A stretch of DNA of 64,000 nucleotides from an uncultured Deinococcaceae bacterium (lineage in GTDB: Bacteria > Deinococcota > Deinococci > Deinococcales > Deinococcaceae): the NCBI GenBank assembly GCA_964252075.1, contig CAXULY010000003.1:1-64000 (forward strand), read 5' to 3'. The stretch's first letter is position 1. The number at the start of each line of letters is the position of its first letter. The notes under the pieces are model-generated. The model was given only the letters and a program-made list of their open reading frames with translations, was not told the origin of the DNA and ran no database searches. Below are positions 48,001 to 57,961 of this stretch, piece by piece. The position numbers were made by a program, and so were the translations under genes.

Positions 48001-48474
48001 TCAGCTCTGAGCGGCCTCAATTCTGTCCCACACCCGCGGGAGTGGGAGGCCTTCCGGCGTGAATGGCCAGGACGCCCACGGGGCGCCCGTGAGGAGCCCG
48101 AGCGCCAGGGCGCGCCCGAGGCCGCGCGCGACGACCGGGTGCACCGGGTACGGTTTGGCGGGCGGTCGCAGCGCGTCGAGCGCCGCGCCCTCCAGCACCT
48201 CGTAGGGGCGGTTGGTGCCATGCTCGTGTCCGGCCCGCATGATCTTCTCGATGGCTTCCTGCTTGCCGCCCATGGCCATCATGGCGAGGTTGCCGGTCAT
48301 CACGGCGCGGGAGTAGGCGCGCTCCTCGCGCGCGCGGAGGCGTTCGTGCGCGAGGTACACCGCGTCCATGGGGGCGTGGTACCAGTCCCGCTCGGGCGCT
48401 TCGAGGGCGAGGTCCGCGAACAGTAGGCGGAGGTCGGCGCGGACGCGCTGCCCACCTCCGCCTACTGAGGGTTT
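48001..48474 (-). CDS. Tail assembly chaperone gpT-like (-1 frameshift extension)
   Basis: Open frame is -1 relative to the upstream chaperone and lacks its own RBS/start; lies between the tail tube and tape measure genes. Confidence 0.7.
   Translation of the reverse strand, partial: KPSVGGGGQRVRADLRLLFADLALEAPERDWYHAPMDAVYLAHERLRAREERAYSRAVMTGNLAMMAMGGKQEAIEKIMRAGHEHGTNRPYEVLEGAALDALRPPAKPYPVHPVVARGLGRALALGLLTGAPWASWPFTPEGLPLPRVWDRIEAAQS
48421..48474 (-). promoter_or_regulatory. Programmed -1 ribosomal frameshift signal
   Basis: A_AAC_CCU heptamer (48474-48468) followed by a perfect 14-bp stem (48467-48454 / 48434-48421). Confidence 0.75.
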
Positions 48475-48851
48475 TCGGCGCCGCCGCGCGCGGTGCGTGC
48501 CTGCCACTCCTCCAGCTGCTTGCGGTCGGTGCTCTGGTAGACCGCCTCGGCGTCCGGCGCGCCCTCGCCCATGCGGCGGGCGAAGAAGGTGGCGAACAGC
48601 GCGGCGCGGCGGCGCCCCAGCTGCGCGATCGCCTCGGCGACCTCGACCGTCATGGGGCCGCTCACGCCTTCCATGCTGATCACGAAGGCGTTCCAGTGGG
48701 CTTCGAAGATGCTGCTCTCGTCGAGTTCCGCCTGGCTGAAGCTGAGGTACGGCACGAAAAAAGGACCCACCGGCCAGCCGTGCGTGGCGTCCGGGAGGCC
48801 CAGGGCGGCCTTCACGGTGCGGGTGGGGTCGGTGTTCTGCTGTTGGGTCAT
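48462..48851 (-). CDS. Tail assembly chaperone gpG-like
   Basis: Position, size (129 aa) and slippery site at its 3' end. Confidence 0.7.
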   Translation of the reverse strand: MTQQQNTDPTRTVKAALGLPDATHGWPVGPFFVPYLSFSQAELDESSIFEAHWNAFVISMEGVSGPMTVEVAEAIAQLGRRRAALFATFFARRMGEGAPDAEAVYQSTDRKQLEEWQARTARGGAENPQ

Positions 48852-49177
48852 CGGGTCGCCTTCTCGCGCTTGCGCGCGCGTTTCAGGGTGATGGGGGTGT
48901 GGGCGTGGTGCCCGGCCTGGCGCTTCGGGAGGCTGACCCTCAGGCCGCCCCGCACCGCCCGAAATGGGATGGGTTCGAAGTCCTCAGGGGTGGGTTCGCG
49001 CGCGGGGCGCATCTCCACGAGCGTTTCGCTGCGGGCGGCCACCGGGTACCGGACGGTGTGGCCGAGGGCCGTCACGGCGTCCTCGCTGACGGTGGCGCCG
49101 TAGAGCCACAGGAGTGGCACCACGGCGCCGCGCCGCCCGAACGCCAGCAGGTCCTGCATCTGTTCGGGCGGCGTCAC
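48848..49177 (-). CDS. Hypothetical phage protein (109 aa)
   Basis: Tightly packed between the tail tube and chaperone genes. Confidence 0.55.
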   Translation of the reverse strand: MTPPEQMQDLLAFGRRGAVVPLLWLYGATVSEDAVTALGHTVRYPVAARSETLVEMRPAREPTPEDFEPIPFRAVRGGLRVSLPKRQAGHHAHTPITLKRARKREKATR

Positions 49178-49178
49178 G

Positions 49179-49901
49179 TCAGTTCAGCCCGCCGATCTCT
49201 TCCCACGCGGGGGTGGTGTCGTTCAGGTCCGCGTCGAACAGCTTGCCGGAGAGGTTCATGCCGAACTCCCAGCGCTGCGCCTGGCCGGGCTGGCCGGTCA
49301 GCTTCGCGGTGACGTTCACCATGGCCAGCACGGCGTACCCGTCGGAGGCCTTGAGGATCACGCGCTGGCGGCAGCCGGGGCTCAGCTGGCGCCCCTTGCG
49401 CTGCAGGCGCTTCACGGTGGGGTCCGTCAGGCCCGCGACGCTCTTGGCGCTCATGGTGAGGTCCTTGCCGTTCACGATGCGGATGGGCGTCGCGCGGCCG
49501 TGCACCTTCACGGTCTCCTCGTCGCTGGGCATGTCCATCTGGAACTGCTCACCCAGCGGCACTTCCGCGAGGTTGCTGTACACCGCCTCGGTGTTCTTCG
49601 GGATCGCGCCGGACAGCGCCTCCACGTCGAGGCTCGTGTCGCCAAGGGCGGAGTCCTGCGTCAGAGTTGCGTGGACGCCGCCGAAGTCCAGGGTGACGCC
49701 GCTCGGCAGGGCGCTCGTGAGGGCCACGACGGTGATGCTGGTGGCGTTGGCGGCCGTGTCGGCGTTGCCGGTCTTCACGGTCACGTCGTGGATGATCACG
49801 GTGGCGTCGTCTTCCACCAGGAGCATCTTCCAGCCGGTGGCGCTGTACGTCTCGGGCGTGTTGTCGGTGGGGAGGGCGGTCGGGAGGGGCTTCTGGGTCA
49901 T
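49179..49901 (-). CDS. Major tail (tube) protein
   Basis: AAGGAG RBS; 240 aa, beta-rich, ends '..WEFGMNLSGK'; position upstream of the chaperones. Confidence 0.65.
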   Translation of the reverse strand: MTQKPLPTALPTDNTPETYSATGWKMLLVEDDATVIIHDVTVKTGNADTAANATSITVVALTSALPSGVTLDFGGVHATLTQDSALGDTSLDVEALSGAIPKNTEAVYSNLAEVPLGEQFQMDMPSDEETVKVHGRATPIRIVNGKDLTMSAKSVAGLTDPTVKRLQRKGRQLSPGCRQRVILKASDGYAVLAMVNVTAKLTGQPGQAQRWEFGMNLSGKLFDADLNDTTPAWEEIGGLN

Positions 49902-50350
49902 GATGGTGCTCCTTGTGCCGCGTCAGGGGCGGCCTGGGTGTAGGTCAGGACGTATCGGATGGACGCGAAGTGCTGGGCGGTGGCCACGTCGGCGCGCACG
50001 CCGCTGTCGTCCTCCGGGATGCACTCGCGCATGCGGAGGCCCGGGTGGCGGTTCACTTCGTGCGCCCGGGCGCGCAGGTGCGCCAGGACGATCACGCACG
50101 ACTGCCGCCCGGCGGCCGTGAGGGGGAAGCCGTAGACGGACACGAGCACCTGCAGGCCGCGCAGCTGGTGCGCGCCAATCAGCTGCGCGTCGCGCGCGCC
50201 GTTCAGTTCCTGCGTGACGGCGTAAGGCGCGCGCTCGCGCGTCGCGGGGTTGATGGGCAGCGGGTTGGGCGGGACGCTGGAGAGGACCTGCCCGGCAGGG
50301 TCGCGGTTCAGCTTGAGGCCGAGGTCGTACAGCAGCTGGTCGATGGTCAG
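49898..50350 (-). CDS. Tail terminator-like protein (150 aa), CTG start
   Basis: Frame open from CTG 50350 (GGAGG RBS, CTGA overlap); in-frame TGA 30 nt upstream; 'PY...LQVLVSVY...H..IRY' pattern. ORF track truncates it to 50149. Confidence 0.65.
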   Translation of the reverse strand: MTIDQLLYDLGLKLNRDPAGQVLSSVPPNPLPINPATRERAPYAVTQELNGARDAQLIGAHQLRGLQVLVSVYGFPLTAAGRQSCVIVLAHLRARAHEVNRHPGLRMRECIPEDDSGVRADVATAQHFASIRYVLTYTQAAPDAAQGAPS

Positions 50351-50757
50351 GGCAGCACCTCCAGGGCCCGCAGCAGGCGCTCAAGCAACTCAGGGTCCGT
50401 GAGGGCCTTGCTGAGCCACGGGCGGGCGCCGCGCTCGGACTCGCGCGGGATGGGGCCGTCAGGTGGGCTGGGGTACTCCAGCGCCCAAGCCTCCGGAGGC
50501 GCGTCGAAGCTCCCCACCTCCCAGCCGCCCGGCCCGCGCTGCGCGTCGATCGAGCGCAGCAGCGCGCCGCTCTGCTCGGCCGGGTACTCGCCCGGCAGGC
50601 TGCTGGGGTTCGGGAGCCCCGGGTGGTGCACGCCGCCGCCCGCGCCCGCCAGCTTCTCCTGCAGGAACGCCTTGAACTCCCCGGCCAGCGCCTCGTCCGC
50701 GCGGTCGAACATCGCCGCGAGCTCGGCGTCGAGGTGGGGGTTCGGCTGGAAACTCAT
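50347..50757 (-). CDS. Neck / tail-completion protein (HK97 gp10-like)
   Basis: SSLPGEYPAEQSGALLRSI...ALEY...ARPWL; ATG 50757. Confidence 0.7.
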   Translation of the reverse strand: MSFQPNPHLDAELAAMFDRADEALAGEFKAFLQEKLAGAGGGVHHPGLPNPSSLPGEYPAEQSGALLRSIDAQRGPGGWEVGSFDAPPEAWALEYPSPPDGPIPRESERGARPWLSKALTDPELLERLLRALEVLP

Positions 50758-51188
50758 GGCGCTGGCGCGTCCGTGAGGGCGCTCGGCACGCGGCACACCA
50801 CCTGCCACGCGATCAGCTGCTCGCCGATGTTCTCGGCGTCGCTGATCGGAAGGAGGCGCTGCCCGCTGGCGAGCACCACCTCGAAGCCCGGCACGTCCAC
50901 GGGCGCGTCCCAGGGCAGGATGACGTTCCACAGCGGCACGGCGAGCTGCGCGCCGAGCTTGGCTTTGTCCGCCGCACTCAGCTGGTACGCGAGGCCGCGC
51001 ACGCCGGTGTCCAGCCCGCTGCTGGGCTGGGCGGGCGCTGGAGCGGCCGCGCCGCCGGCGTCCACGTCGGGCGGGGGCCCGGCGTCCCCCGCGGTGGTGC
51101 GCGCGATGGTGAGGTCCTGCCCGAGCGCCGCGAACACCCGGGCGAGCTTCGGGCGGCTGAGGGCCTGCAGTTGTGCGGTGGTGATCAC
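50754..51188 (-). CDS. Head-closure / head-tail adaptor protein
   Basis: GTGA coupling at 51188; position and size. Confidence 0.55.
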   Translation of the reverse strand: MITTAQLQALSRPKLARVFAALGQDLTIARTTAGDAGPPPDVDAGGAAAPAPAQPSSGLDTGVRGLAYQLSAADKAKLGAQLAVPLWNVILPWDAPVDVPGFEVVLASGQRLLPISDAENIGEQLIAWQVVCRVPSALTDAPAP

Positions 51189-51526
51189 CACTGCCCCCAC
51201 GGCGTGAGCGCCGGCCCGGGCACGCCGCTGCCGGAGGCCTCCGCGCGGTACCGCGCGGCGCGCGCCAGCCAGGCGCTGATGCCCTCGCCGGGCAGGAGGG
51301 TGAGCTTGATGGGGCCCACCTCGATCTTGCTGGCGTCGTCCCCCTCACTCGCGGCGAGGGCCACGGTGTCCAGCACCTCCGCCGCCACGAGGCGCGTGTC
51401 CTGCAGCACCGTGAACGCGTCGTCCACGTTCACCTGCTGCTCGGACGGCAGCGAGTTGTGCGCCTGCCAGGCGTTGGGGCCGACCAGGACGCGGACCTCC
51501 ATGCGCTGTTCGTCGGTGAGCGCCAC
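51185..51526 (-). CDS. Head-tail connector protein
   Basis: Follows the capsid gene; 'VRVLVG' N-terminal motif; AAGGGGGG RBS. Confidence 0.55.
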   Translation of the reverse strand: MALTDEQRMEVRVLVGPNAWQAHNSLPSEQQVNVDDAFTVLQDTRLVAAEVLDTVALAASEGDDASKIEVGPIKLTLLPGEGISAWLARAARYRAEASGSGVPGPALTPWGQW

Positions 51527-51541
51527 GGCTCACCCCCCTTC

Positions 51542-52732
51542 TCAGTTCGCGGCGGTGCCCTGAACGAGGACGGCGCCCTTGTCGTCCACCACGCGCGCGC
51601 CCAGGGTGTGGCCCACCTTGACCGCGAAGCTGTGGTTCGTGAAGCTGCCCTGGTCCTGGTACTCGCGCGTCGAGGGCAGCTCGGTGTAGGTCAGGGGCCC
51701 GCCCTGGAAGCCTTCCAGGAAGGCCACTTCGAGCCACTGCACCATGCTGTCGTAGGCGACGTAATCGCTGCCGAACACGCGGCTCCACAGGCGCTCCAGG
51801 TGCGGGGTGAACGCGCCGCGCAGCACGTTGGGGTTGTTGCCGCGGTTGTTGCTCGCGCCGGGCTCCGTCTCGGCGGTGTTGATGACGCTGAAGGCGTCGC
51901 GGTTCGCGGTGCCGAAGATCAGGTCCGTGATGTCGAACCCGTACTCCAGGTCGTTGCCGTCGTCGTCCTTGAAGGTGCGGGCGGCGAACTTCGCGCGGAC
52001 CTTCTTCACGAGGTCGATGGTGGGCACGCCCGCGCCGTCCCCGGCGGCGGTGATCTTGCCGGCGGTGAGGCCGTCGAGGATCGCCTTGAACACCACGATG
52101 GCTTCCGTGCGGCCCGCGCCCCGGCCGAGGCTCTCCATGCCGCGCTGCCAGGCGCCCACCTCGTCGTTCTTGCTCATCTCCCACGTGTAGCGCAGGCCGC
52201 GCTCGAAGTTCGCCACGCGGTAGCCGCCCTCGGCCTCCGTGAAGGTGGTGAACTCCACGTCATCGGTCTCACCGCGCTGCTTCAGTTCGCCCGTCTCGCT
52301 GAGGCGCAGCGTGCGGATGGTCTTGAAGTCCGGCACGGTGATGACGCTGGCGAAGCTGCGCCAGTTGCTGATCGGGCCCGCGTAGGCGGGCAGCAGCGTG
52401 CGCTGGCGCAGGTTGGCGAGCGCGAGGGGGAAGTCAGAGGTGGTGTGCGTGTCGCTGAAGCGCTGGGCGGCCATCAGCGGCCCGATGCTGTCCACGAACT
52501 CATCGGCCAGCTGCTCGACCTGCCGCTCGGCGTCCGCGTCGCTCAGGCCGGCGCGCGCCTTGCGGGCGTCGGACAGGGCGTCCGTGACGTTTTGCGGGCC
52601 GTGGTAGCCGCGGTAGAAGGCCTGCACGCCCGCCTCGGCGATCAGGGCGTCGGTGGCGGCCATGGCGGTCCCCTTGGGGATCTCGCCGTTGGCTTCCGCC
52701 AGTTGCATCTTCAGGTACAGGGTCTTGGACAT
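51542..52732 (-). CDS. Major capsid protein (Mu gpT-like / HK97 fold)
   Basis: HTTSDFPLAL...LL.AY...W...VPDFK...TWEM.KND..G; VAFLEG..GP; AAGGAGG RBS. Confidence 0.85.
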   Translation of the reverse strand: MSKTLYLKMQLAEANGEIPKGTAMAATDALIAEAGVQAFYRGYHGPQNVTDALSDARKARAGLSDADAERQVEQLADEFVDSIGPLMAAQRFSDTHTTSDFPLALANLRQRTLLPAYAGPISNWRSFASVITVPDFKTIRTLRLSETGELKQRGETDDVEFTTFTEAEGGYRVANFERGLRYTWEMSKNDEVGAWQRGMESLGRGAGRTEAIVVFKAILDGLTAGKITAAGDGAGVPTIDLVKKVRAKFAARTFKDDDGNDLEYGFDITDLIFGTANRDAFSVINTAETEPGASNNRGNNPNVLRGAFTPHLERLWSRVFGSDYVAYDSMVQWLEVAFLEGFQGGPLTYTELPSTREYQDQGSFTNHSFAVKVGHTLGARVVDDKGAVLVQGTAAN

Positions 52733-52812
52733 GGCGCCCTCCTTGTGGGCGGGAACTGCGACGCCCGGCCATCAGGCCGGGCGCATGGGGTGCGGTGAGG
52801 GGTGGGGCGGGC

Positions 52813-53199
52813 TCAGGCGTTCGTGAGGCCCACAGGGCCTTTGACGCCGTCCGCGATCGCGGCGAGGGCGTACCCGATGAAGGTGCCGCCTGCAGCGGTT
52901 TTGCTGTAGGTGCCGTCCGCGGTGACCTTGTAGATCTTGTCGCCGAGCGCGACGCCGCCCGCGACGGTGAGGTTCACGCTGACGCTCACGCCGATCAGCT
53001 CGACGCTCGCCTGCCCGTCCAGCAGGCCGGGCGCGGCCGCGCCACTCGCGATGGTGGCGGTGGTGGCGCGGTCGGTGTGGGCGTAGCCCTTGAGGCCGGA
53101 CGCGCCGATCAGCACGACGTCGCCGGAGGCGGTGCCCGCGGCGACGGCCGCAGCGATGATCAGCTGGGCGTTGCGGGTGCGGTTGAGGTTCTTGGCCAT
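52813..53199 (-). CDS. Capsid decoration/cement protein (DUF2190-like)
   Basis: MAKN...SGDVVLIG...GDKIY...FIGYA...V.L. Confidence 0.7.
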   Translation of the reverse strand: MAKNLNRTRNAQLIIAAAVAAGTASGDVVLIGASGLKGYAHTDRATTATIASGAAAPGLLDGQASVELIGVSVSVNLTVAGGVALGDKIYKVTADGTYSKTAAGGTFIGYALAAIADGVKGPVGLTNA

Positions 53200-53247
53200 G
53201 GTCCCCTCCTGTGGGGTGTTGGGTGGGCGGGTGGACGCGGGGCGGGG

Positions 53248-54339
53248 TTAGGACAGGCCGAAGCTGCGGCGCGCGTCCGACAGGGTGCTGCGCTTCTTGG
53301 GCGCCGCAGCGTCCTTCTTGCTGCCGCCTTCGCCCAGGCCGGGGTGGTTCTCCTCGGCGCCCTCGGTGGTGGTGTCGTCACCCGGGCGGGCGTGGCGGAA
53401 CATCGCCTGGCGGTCCGCGATCATGCTCTGCACCTCGGTGCTCGCCGCCTCGTCACTGTCCGCGGCGAGCGCGGCGCGCTCCACCCGCGCCGCGAAGTTC
53501 GCGTCGAGGTCCACGTCGCCGCTCTTGCCGAGCTTCGGGAGCTTCGCGGCGGCGAGCGCGTCACGCACCATGCCCTTGCGGGCGTCATCCTGCAGGCGCC
53601 GCTCCAGCTTCAGGCGCTCGGCGCGTTCGGTGGCCAGCGCATCCTCCAGCGCCTGGCTGGCGCCAGCGGCGGGCTTCTCGCGCGCGCCGTCTTCGATCTG
53701 CTTGACCAGCTCGGGGTGCTTCTTCTTCAGTTCATTCAGGTCCATGGGGGCCTCCAGTTCATCGGCGGCGTTCAGCGCGCCGGCAGTGTCGGCTGGGGCC
53801 ATCACCGCGTCGATGGTCACCAGCCGCGCGTCTTCGTTCACGACTTCCAGGATGTCTTCGGGGTCCGGCCAGGCCGGGTCCACTTCTTTGGCGGGCAGGT
53901 ACTGCGCGCTGCCGGTCACGTTCGTGCTCATGCCGACGCGCACGCCGGCGTCCACCACGGCCTGCAGGTCGCGGCCCTTGGCGGTCTGCACGATCACGCC
54001 CTCGAACCGCATCAGCTGGCCTTCCATCCACAGGCGGTCGTAGCGGATCCCGACGTTCTCAATGAGGCCTTTCGGGCCTTCCCACCAGAGGTCGGGGTGC
54101 TGCACCAGGCCGTACAGCGCGCCGCCCGTCACGGCGTCCTGCGCGGCCGCCACCATGGCGGTCAGCACGGCGGTGCTGAAGTACCGGCGGTTGAGGTTCG
54201 TCTTGTCGCCTTCCTTGGCCACGCCGCTGATGCGGCGGGGGCCGGCGGCGTCCGTCATGGGCGCGAGGGTGAAACTCACCACGGCGTCCGTGAGCAGGTT
54301 GGGGGGCTTCGGGGTGGGGCTGCGGTTGCGGTCTTTCAT
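53248..54339 (-). CDS. Prohead protease / scaffold protein
   Basis: NLNRRY...HP...T.KGRDLQA.VDAGV.VGMS...G...IDAVMAPA, followed by a helical scaffold-like tail. Confidence 0.8.
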   Translation of the reverse strand: MKDRNRSPTPKPPNLLTDAVVSFTLAPMTDAAGPRRISGVAKEGDKTNLNRRYFSTAVLTAMVAAAQDAVTGGALYGLVQHPDLWWEGPKGLIENVGIRYDRLWMEGQLMRFEGVIVQTAKGRDLQAVVDAGVRVGMSTNVTGSAQYLPAKEVDPAWPDPEDILEVVNEDARLVTIDAVMAPADTAGALNAADELEAPMDLNELKKKHPELVKQIEDGAREKPAAGASQALEDALATERAERLKLERRLQDDARKGMVRDALAAAKLPKLGKSGDVDLDANFAARVERAALAADSDEAASTEVQSMIADRQAMFRHARPGDDTTTEGAEENHPGLGEGGSKKDAAAPKKRSTLSDARRSFGLS

Positions 54340-54366
54340 GGGTCACTCCTTCCGGGCGGGCGCGCG

Positions 54367-55671
54367 TCAGCGCTCAGGTGTGTCTTTGGGGGCGGGGTCC
54401 TGCCCCTCGGCTTCGGCGCTCGCAATCTTTTCCTGCTCGGCGGCCCAGTCGTACCCGAGTTCCGCGCTGAGCGTCTCCTGGCTGGCGAGGCGCTGCTCGG
54501 CGGCCACCTTCACCTTCTCGACGAGGGTCAGCAGGTCCTCGTTGCGCAGGCTGGGGAAGTTGATGGGGAACTCCACGAGGTCCGCGCTGACCGTGCGGCC
54601 GCCGCGCCCCGCCTTCGTCTTGAAGGTTTTGCCGGGGTGGCGGCGCCGCAGTTCGGTGCGCAGCATGTCCTGCAGCCAGTACCACACGCGCGTCTGGCGG
54701 CGCTCGAAGCCGCGCCGGGCGGGCTCGCCCATGCTGTCGGCGGTGGTGCGGGTGACGCCGCCGCCCTCGGCGAGGTAGTGCTCGGGCAGGCCGAGCGCCA
54801 CGGCGAGGAGCTGCTTGATGACTTTGCCGTCGCTGGCGGAGTCCGCGGCTTTGGTGTCCGGCGTGGTGATCTCGAAGCGCTCGCTTTTGCCGTCGGCGTT
54901 CTGCGCGAGGGTGAGCACGGCGCCGTTGCGCGGGACGTTCGCGAAGCGGGCGCTTTTCGCCGCCAGTTCCTTGTCGTCCTTCGCGAAGGCGTAGTACACG
55001 GCGTTGATGCGCGCGGCCAGCTCGTGCACCTTCAGGCGGGCGTTCGCGAAGTTCACGTAGGCGAGGGCCGGGCCGAGCGCGCGCGCGATGGGTGGCCAGC
55101 CGCGCACCTCGTTCATGATCGCGTCGTTCGTGCTCCACACGAACTCACCGTCGCGCAGCGTGCGGCCGCCGCCGATGCCGATGCTTTCCACCTGGTCGGG
55201 CAGGCCGGGCGCGCTGGTGATGTCGAGCGCCTGGTCGATGATGGTGTACAGCCCGATGCGCGCGGCCTGGTCGGTGCGCTTGAACTTCTTGGGGTTCGGC
55301 CAGATGGTGAGGCACTCGCCGAGCAGCAGGTACTCCGTGAACCACCGCTCGATCAGCAGGTCGAGCTTGTTCAGCGCCCAGAAGTCCTCCATGACGGCCT
55401 GCACGGCCTTGTCGGGGTGCTGACCGTAGCTGAGGCGCGCGCCCACCACGAAGCTCTTGATGACCTCAATGGCGCCGTACAGCAGCGGGTTCAGGTACCA
55501 CGCGACGACCGCGGCCTTCTGGGTGTTCGTGCGGGACAGCGCGCCGAGCATGCCGGCCTGCTGCGGGAGCGACACGGGGCCGCTCAGGCCGCCGGTGAGC
55601 TGCCAGCCGCCCTGCACGGTGTCCTGCACGTCGCTGTGGGTGAGGGGCTTGCCGTACTGGTCGAGAATCAT
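54367..55671 (-). CDS. Portal protein
   Basis: Between terminase and protease; LLGE, RG.P, LGLPEHYL, TA..M motifs. Confidence 0.8.
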   Translation of the reverse strand: MILDQYGKPLTHSDVQDTVQGGWQLTGGLSGPVSLPQQAGMLGALSRTNTQKAAVVAWYLNPLLYGAIEVIKSFVVGARLSYGQHPDKAVQAVMEDFWALNKLDLLIERWFTEYLLLGECLTIWPNPKKFKRTDQAARIGLYTIIDQALDITSAPGLPDQVESIGIGGGRTLRDGEFVWSTNDAIMNEVRGWPPIARALGPALAYVNFANARLKVHELAARINAVYYAFAKDDKELAAKSARFANVPRNGAVLTLAQNADGKSERFEITTPDTKAADSASDGKVIKQLLAVALGLPEHYLAEGGGVTRTTADSMGEPARRGFERRQTRVWYWLQDMLRTELRRRHPGKTFKTKAGRGGRTVSADLVEFPINFPSLRNEDLLTLVEKVKVAAEQRLASQETLSAELGYDWAAEQEKIASAEAEGQDPAPKDTPER

Positions 55672-57086
55672 TCGTCACCTCCTCCCCAGCTGCTGTCGCT
55701 CTCGTACCCGTGCACGCCCGAGGGCGGCAGGCTCTGGCGTTCGCCCAGCCCGTCCACGTAGGCGACGGCGTAGCGCATGGGGTCCATGCCGTGGTCGTTC
55801 TTCTTGACGGGCACCTCCTTGAGGCTGCCGTCGGTCTTCTTGTCCCACTCGTACCCTTCGATCTCCCCCGCGGTGCTGGTGGGGATGTTGCGGGTGTTCT
55901 CCTCGCCGCTCAGCAGCGGGTCCAGTTCGACGAGGCAGTTCTGCAGGATGAAGATGCGCGGCCGCCCGTCTTCCTGCGCGCGGAAGCGGCTCTGCGTCTG
56001 CTGGACGCCGGTGCTGATGTCCTTGTGGGCGGGGAGCGTCTCGCAGCCCAGGTGGCGCTCCAGCGTGGCGCGGTCCTCCGCGTCGTGGTCGCACACCGTC
56101 GCCTCGATCTCCTCGCCCGTCTCGGCTTCCAGCTGGCGGATGCGCCGGGCGTGGTCCTCGACGAGGGTGCGGGTGCGGTACAGCTCGCGGTACAGGTACA
56201 TGCGGCCGTCTCCGTCGATCGCCCACCACTGACACACGAACGGGTTGGTGAAGCCGAAGTCCACCACGCGGATCCGGCGCCAGTGCTTCGGCACGTGCCG
56301 CCACGGCTGGATCTCTTCCTGCTCGTCCTTCGGTTCGTACCAGCCGAGGTCCCGGACGTTCACGTGGTGCTTGCTGGGGTCCCAGTCGTCGTACACCATG
56401 CCCTCGCTGGCCGCCCAGATGCCCTTGCGCAGGCGCAGGTAGCGCACACCGGTGAGCTTGTCGAGCTTCCCCATGTACGCCGCGCCGAACGGCGTGATCT
56501 CGCCGGTCTTCGGGTGGTACAGGCGCGGGTTGTCCTCGTGGCGGGACTGCAGCATGGTGGTGAGGCCCTGGTCCATGCGGCGCTTCAGCCAATGGCTGGG
56601 CGGGCCGGGGTTGCAGTCACCCAGCAGCTGCTGGTACGGGATGACGCCGTTGCGCAGGCGGGTGCTGCAGAACTCCCAGTCGGTGACGCTGACCTCGGTC
56701 GCCTCCAGCACGTAAATCACGTCGAACTCCGCGGACATGATCTTGATGGGGTTGTCGAGGCCCGCGACGATCACCTCGCTGCCGTTCGGGTACACGTAGG
56801 ACTGCCGCACGCGCCGCTGCTGGTTCGTGGTGTCGCACGGCGGCCGCACGTGCTGCTCGAACGTCACGAGCGCCGTCTCGGTGAGGCTGCTGCGCGTCTT
56901 GCGCACGATCGCGAGGCGCGCGCCCGGGTACTTCACCGCCAGGGCGTTCACCTTCTCCAGCCCCGCGCGGCTCTTGCCGGTGCCGGCCGGGCCGGAGAGC
57001 ATCGCCTCGTCCCCCTTGTACCGGAACAGGTCGAGGGCCGCGCCGCGCGGCTGGTACACCACCGCGCCGGCCGGGATGGCCGTCAC
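55668..57086 (-). CDS. terL: Terminase large subunit (PBSX-like)
   Basis: GPAGTGKS, VLEATE, DCNP..P.HWLK, DNP, VDFGFTNP, NDHGMD.MRY. Confidence 0.92.
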   Translation of the reverse strand: MTAIPAGAVVYQPRGAALDLFRYKGDEAMLSGPAGTGKSRAGLEKVNALAVKYPGARLAIVRKTRSSLTETALVTFEQHVRPPCDTTNQQRRVRQSYVYPNGSEVIVAGLDNPIKIMSAEFDVIYVLEATEVSVTDWEFCSTRLRNGVIPYQQLLGDCNPGPPSHWLKRRMDQGLTTMLQSRHEDNPRLYHPKTGEITPFGAAYMGKLDKLTGVRYLRLRKGIWAASEGMVYDDWDPSKHHVNVRDLGWYEPKDEQEEIQPWRHVPKHWRRIRVVDFGFTNPFVCQWWAIDGDGRMYLYRELYRTRTLVEDHARRIRQLEAETGEEIEATVCDHDAEDRATLERHLGCETLPAHKDISTGVQQTQSRFRAQEDGRPRIFILQNCLVELDPLLSGEENTRNIPTSTAGEIEGYEWDKKTDGSLKEVPVKKNDHGMDPMRYAVAYVDGLGERQSLPPSGVHGYESDSSWGGGDE

Positions 57087-57916
57087 AGGTCATCCTCGCC
57101 CACCCCCACGATGAACTTGATGGGGCTCCCGTCTGGATTCTCGACACTCACGCGCTCGGCGAACAGCTTGTGGTACCGCCCGAGCAGCTCCTCGGCGGCG
57201 GAGCGGTCGTGCCACTCCACCTCCAGGCCGAACTTCGTCTCCTTGATCTTCTTGATCATGTGGAGCTTCCCGGCGGCGCGGGCCTTCTCCAGGTCCACGC
57301 GGATGTCCAGCCGGGTCCGCCACTCCAGCTCCACCATGATGTGTGAAGGCGCCCGGCGCATCGGCATGCGCCCCCGCCCACGGCGGCCGCGCGGCGGCCC
57401 GTCGTCCTCATCGTCGCCGTCGAGGTCGTCTTCCAGCTGCAGGGCCTTCTCCGCCTTCTTCTCGATGCGCCTCAGACGCCGAATCTCACCGGACAGCTCC
57501 ACCCGCCGCTTCTCGGACCGCGCGCCGTCCAGCTGGTCCTGCACGTCCGCGATCTTGTCGCGCACCAGGTCGAGTGCCTCGGCAGGCTCCACCAGCACGC
57601 CGTCCAGGTACCGCACGCGCTTGAAGGTCAGGAAGTGCTCCGCGCTGAAGTCCGCGCGGTCCGTGAGCCGCGCCAGCAGTTCTTTCTTCCCGAGGACCTG
57701 CTGCTCCCATCCCGCTTCGAGGGCGGCGCGGATGTCAGCATTCGTCAACAGCCGGTGCCCCTGCTGGCGCGCACTGCGGGCGGAGTAGCCGGCGGCGCGC
57801 GCGGCCTTCGCGCGGTTCGGCTCTTCCAGCAGGGCGAGCACGAACTTCTGGTGTTTCAGGTCGAGCGCGGCGAGCAGCTCGTCGAAGGAGGCGCTCACCT
57901 CCGGTTCTGTGGTCAA
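57083..57916 (-). CDS. terS: Terminase small subunit
   Basis: KHQKFV...NRAKAARAAGYSARSARQQGHRLLTN; D..AA.ELLGRYHKLF; TTG 57916 after GGAGGAGG. Confidence 0.88.
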   Translation of the reverse strand: MTTEPEVSASFDELLAALDLKHQKFVLALLEEPNRAKAARAAGYSARSARQQGHRLLTNADIRAALEAGWEQQVLGKKELLARLTDRADFSAEHFLTFKRVRYLDGVLVEPAEALDLVRDKIADVQDQLDGARSEKRRVELSGEIRRLRRIEKKAEKALQLEDDLDGDDEDDGPPRGRRGRGRMPMRRAPSHIMVELEWRTRLDIRVDLEKARAAGKLHMIKKIKETKFGLEVEWHDRSAAEELLGRYHKLFAERVSVENPDGSPIKFIVGVGEDDL

Positions 57917-57961
57917 GAGGGTCACCTCCTCCGGTGGGGCGGCGGCGGGCCGCGCGCACAC

